Assembly: GCA_029820915.1 (NCBI GenBank)
Contig: JALGUI010000001.1
Coordinates: 1-45,699, forward strand
Direction: 5' to 3'
From: Candidatus Zipacnadia bacterium
Lineage (GTDB): Bacteria > Armatimonadota > Zipacnadia > Zipacnadales > UBA5352
DNA length: 45,699 nt
Below, piece by piece: positions 44,879 through 45,699 of this stretch. The notes beneath the pieces are model-generated. The model ran no database searches, was not told where the DNA came from, and saw nothing but the letters and a program-made list of their open reading frames with translations. Both the position numbers and the translations under genes were made by a program. The number at the start of each line of letters is the position of its first letter. Within the stretch, counting starts at the first letter, position 1.

Positions 44879-45053
44879 CAACGGCTGGCAACGGCGCACG
44901 ACAGCAGCCGAGCGCAACGGTTCATGGCGGGAGTCAGCCAGGACGGCGTGGCCCGGAAGCTGCGCGTTGAGTGCAGACGGCAGTGGACCTTGACAGCGTG
45001 GCAGTGAGAGCGCTTGGAGTCGACGCCCGTTGCCATCTGCTACCCGCAGATGC

Positions 45054-45229
<176 letters not shown>

Positions 45230-45322
45230 TGAGGCCGGCGAACGACAGCCGCCCACGCGCAACGCCAATGGTGGGCTGCTGCGGGGCTGAGCGTGACGTG
45301 GCCTTCTCACCAGGGGGATCTG

Positions 45323-45688
45323 ATGCCTGAGTTCGAGAAGCTGGACGTGTGGCGGCGAGCACACGAGCTCTGTCTCGTGACGTATCGCCTGGCGCGTCAG
45401 CTCCCTTACGAGGAACGGTTCGGTCTGTCTGATCAGCTACGTCGTGCCGCCGTCTCCGTGCCTGTGAACATCGCCGAGGGACAGGGCCGCGGCACAGCGG
45501 GTGAATTCGTTGCCTTCCTCCGCATCGCCCGCGGGTCGCTGCAGGAAGTGCAGGCTCTCGCTATGATCGCCCGCGACTTGGGCTACATTGCTGCTGACGA
45601 CACCATGGAGCTGCTGCGGCGCTCGGCCCAGGTCGGGCGCATGCTCATGGCGCTGCAGTCGCATCTCAACGAGGCCAGCTCACCATGA
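45323..45688 (+). CDS. Four-helix-bundle protein (23S rRNA intervening-sequence protein / Avd-like family)
   Basis: MPEFEKLDVWRRAHELCLVTYRLARQLPYEERFGLSDQLRRAAVSVPVNIAEGQGRGTAGEFVAFLRIARGSLQEVQALAMIARDLGYI. The ATG at 45323 lies 4 nt after AGGGGGA. Confidence 0.8.
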   Translation: MPEFEKLDVWRRAHELCLVTYRLARQLPYEERFGLSDQLRRAAVSVPVNIAEGQGRGTAGEFVAFLRIARGSLQEVQALAMIARDLGYIAADDTMELLRRSAQVGRMLMALQSHLNEASSP

Positions 45689-45699
45689 ATCCGTCTGGC

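Overview
High-GC (roughly two-thirds G+C by eye) bacterial chromosomal window, transcribed almost entirely on the minus strand.

**Core (42.1 kb down to 9.7 kb).** One contiguous rpoBC / str / S10 / spc / alpha ribosomal super-operon. Gene order: rpoB, rpoC, [decayed toxin-antitoxin cassette], rpsL, rpsG, fusA, rpsJ, rplC, rplD, rplW, rplB, rpsS, rplV, rpsC, rplP, rpmC, rpsQ, [second EF-G paralog], rplN, rplX, rplE, rpsN, rpsH, rplF, rplR, rpmD, rplO, secY, adk, map, infA, rpmJ, rpsM, rpsK, rpsD, rpoA, rplQ, truA, rplM, rpsI.

**Left flank (1-9.6 kb).**
- Partial ECF transporter T component and an ECF S component.
- A frameshifted pilin-like (prepilin N-terminus / DUF1559-type) gene carrying a perfect 48-bp tandem duplication.
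- nikR.
- A sat-cysC-alkaline-phosphatase-superfamily-sugar-transferase cluster.
- A ~0.9-kb lower-GC non-coding region with repeats.
- A tiny plus-strand operon (46-aa membrane peptide plus 74-aa lipoprotein).
- A 643-aa secreted protein of unknown function.

**Right flank (42.3-45.7 kb).**
- A ~1.47-kb IS (ISNCY-like rve transposase).
- A plus-strand array of six tRNAs (Ser-Arg-Arg-Arg-Ser-Ser) whose tRNA-Ser 3' flanks carry a 9-10-bp repeat family, including a 22-unit minisatellite.
- A four-helix-bundle (23S rRNA IVS / Avd-like) gene at the window edge.

**Most notable anomalies.**
- An EF-G paralog with the catalytic His replaced by Tyr, sitting between rpsQ and rplN.
- rpsE (S5) is absent from its near-universal slot between rplR and rpmD.
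- S3 carries a ~155-aa acidic repeat tail.
- Cys4 zinc-ribbon insertions occur in both RNA polymerase beta and beta-prime.
- The tRNA-linked repeat family.

I see no clear self-contained new multi-gene system such as a defence island. All homology statements come from reading the translations, not from database searches.
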